A DNA stretch of 64,000 bases, from NCBI RefSeq assembly GCF_964213995.1, contig NW_027590170.1, positions 124,001 through 188,000 on the forward strand, written 5' to 3'. The stretch is from Mustelus asterias. Taxonomy: Eukaryota. The notes under the pieces are model-generated. The model was not told the DNA's origin, made no database searches, and saw nothing but the letters and a program-made list of their open reading frames with translations. The translations under genes were made by a program, and so were the position numbers. Shown here one piece after another: positions 62,663 through 64,000 of this stretch; within the stretch, counting starts at the first letter, position 1; the number at the start of each line of letters is the position of its first letter.

Positions 62663-63339
62663 GTGAACACGGGCACAAAACCCACCATGATCAATTGTTC
62701 CTCCCTCCCCCTTCAGGGGTGTTGTAACGGCATGACGATTAATCCAGAAAGCCAGGGCTAAAGCTTTGGACACACATGAGGATTGCATTCCTGCCATGGC
62801 AGTTGGAGAAATCTGAATTCAATAAAAGCAACCTGGAATTCAACAATCGAACCATGAGTCAATTGTTGCTAAAACCCATCTGGTTCACTACCTGAGACTT
62901 CAAGTACAACACCATGGTCAATGCAAGCCACGCGGTTCAATGGTGATTCGGGATGGGAAATACATTCTGGCCCTGCCGGAAATGCACGTACCGCTGGGTG
63001 AAGCAACAAATACATTGTGTGTGGGAGTCTCTGGCCTGGCTAACGTTTATAGCCCATTCCAAATGGCCCTAATCACTGCTGCAGCCAATGTAGTCAAACC
63101 AGGCACAGGAGCAGCGTTTCACTTTGGGTATTGGGAACATTTTTGGGTTCTTCTCGCTTCCAGGTGACCAGTTAGCTCTTCAATTCGTTATTCCTATCAG
63201 GAATTACCTTAACTTCCATTGTTTTTCGTTGTTATATTTTTCGGCGGGTTGGGGAGGGGGGTGGGGCGGGTGGGGGTGGGGGAGGATGTGAGTGGGGGGA
63301 CGGCATTATAATGGTTAGACCACCAAAATAAAAGCGTTT

Positions 63340-64000
63340 CTGAAAGGAGGGTTGTGACAAGTGGCGTTCCTCAGGGGTCAGTGCTGGGACTTTGCTGTTT
63401 GTAATATATATAAATGATTTGGAAGAAAATGTAACTGGATTGATTTGTAAGTTTGCAGACGAAACAAAGGTTGGTAGATTTGCGGATTGGTAGACCTGCA
63501 GATAGCGATGAGGACCATCTGAGGATGCAGCAGGATATAGATCGGTTACAGGCTTGGGCGGAGAGATGGCAGATGGAGCTCAATCCGGACAAATGTGAGG
63601 TAATGCATTTTGGAAGGTATAATGCAGATAGGAAATATACAGTAAAGGGCAGAACCCTGAAGAGTATTGATAGCAGAGGGATCAGGTGTAAAGGTCATTG
63701 AAAGTGGCAACCCAGGTGGAAAAGGTAGTCAAGAAGGCATACGGCATGCTTGCCTTCATTAGCCGGGGCATTGAATTTAAAAATTGGCAAGTCATGTTGC
63801 AGCTTATAGAACCTTAGTTAGGCCGCACTTGGAATATAGTGTTCAATTCTGGTCGCTACACTACCAGAAAGATGTGGAGGCTTTGGAGAGGGTACATAAA
63901 AGATTTACCGGGATGGTGCCTGGTATGGAGGGCATTAGTTATGAGGGGAGATTGGAGAAACTTGCGTTGTTCTCACTGGAACGACGGAGGTTGAGGGGTG
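63340..64000 (+). mobile_element. CR1 LINE RT fragment running off the window
   Basis: WQMELNPDKCEVMHFGR. Similar to 17600-18100. Confidence 0.9.

Overview
This is vertebrate genomic DNA, almost certainly from a shark (cartilaginous fish), judged from HE1-type V-SINEs, shark-like CR1 LINEs and 'MEKPWKC' zinc-finger genes. It has four zones. (1) 1-27 kb: a birth-and-death cluster of C2H2 zinc-finger genes with no effector domain. One is intact (12 fingers), one is truncated by a single stop and two are decayed. The zone has duplicated CpG-island promoters, a large inverted duplication and a 28-bp CRE/TEAD/SOX minisatellite. (2) 27.4-29.2 kb: an unprocessed, truncated EMC4 copy. (3) 29.6-34.9 kb: three tandem units, each carrying a tRNA-Val-derived gene; one has a CAG anticodon. 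(4) 38-49 kb: T-cell receptor alpha/delta-type V segments. One is a complete, apparently functional, inverted V gene (leader, V exon, 23-RSS) that the ORF track misses, and four are pseudogenes; CRE and CTCF-like motifs lie nearby. The rest is CR1, Rex1, Tx1/L1 and Penelope retroelements, SINEs and TG-rich tracts. Several Penelope-derived repeats carry minimal type-I hammerhead ribozyme motifs. All calls were made by eye without database searches, so repeat boundaries are approximate.
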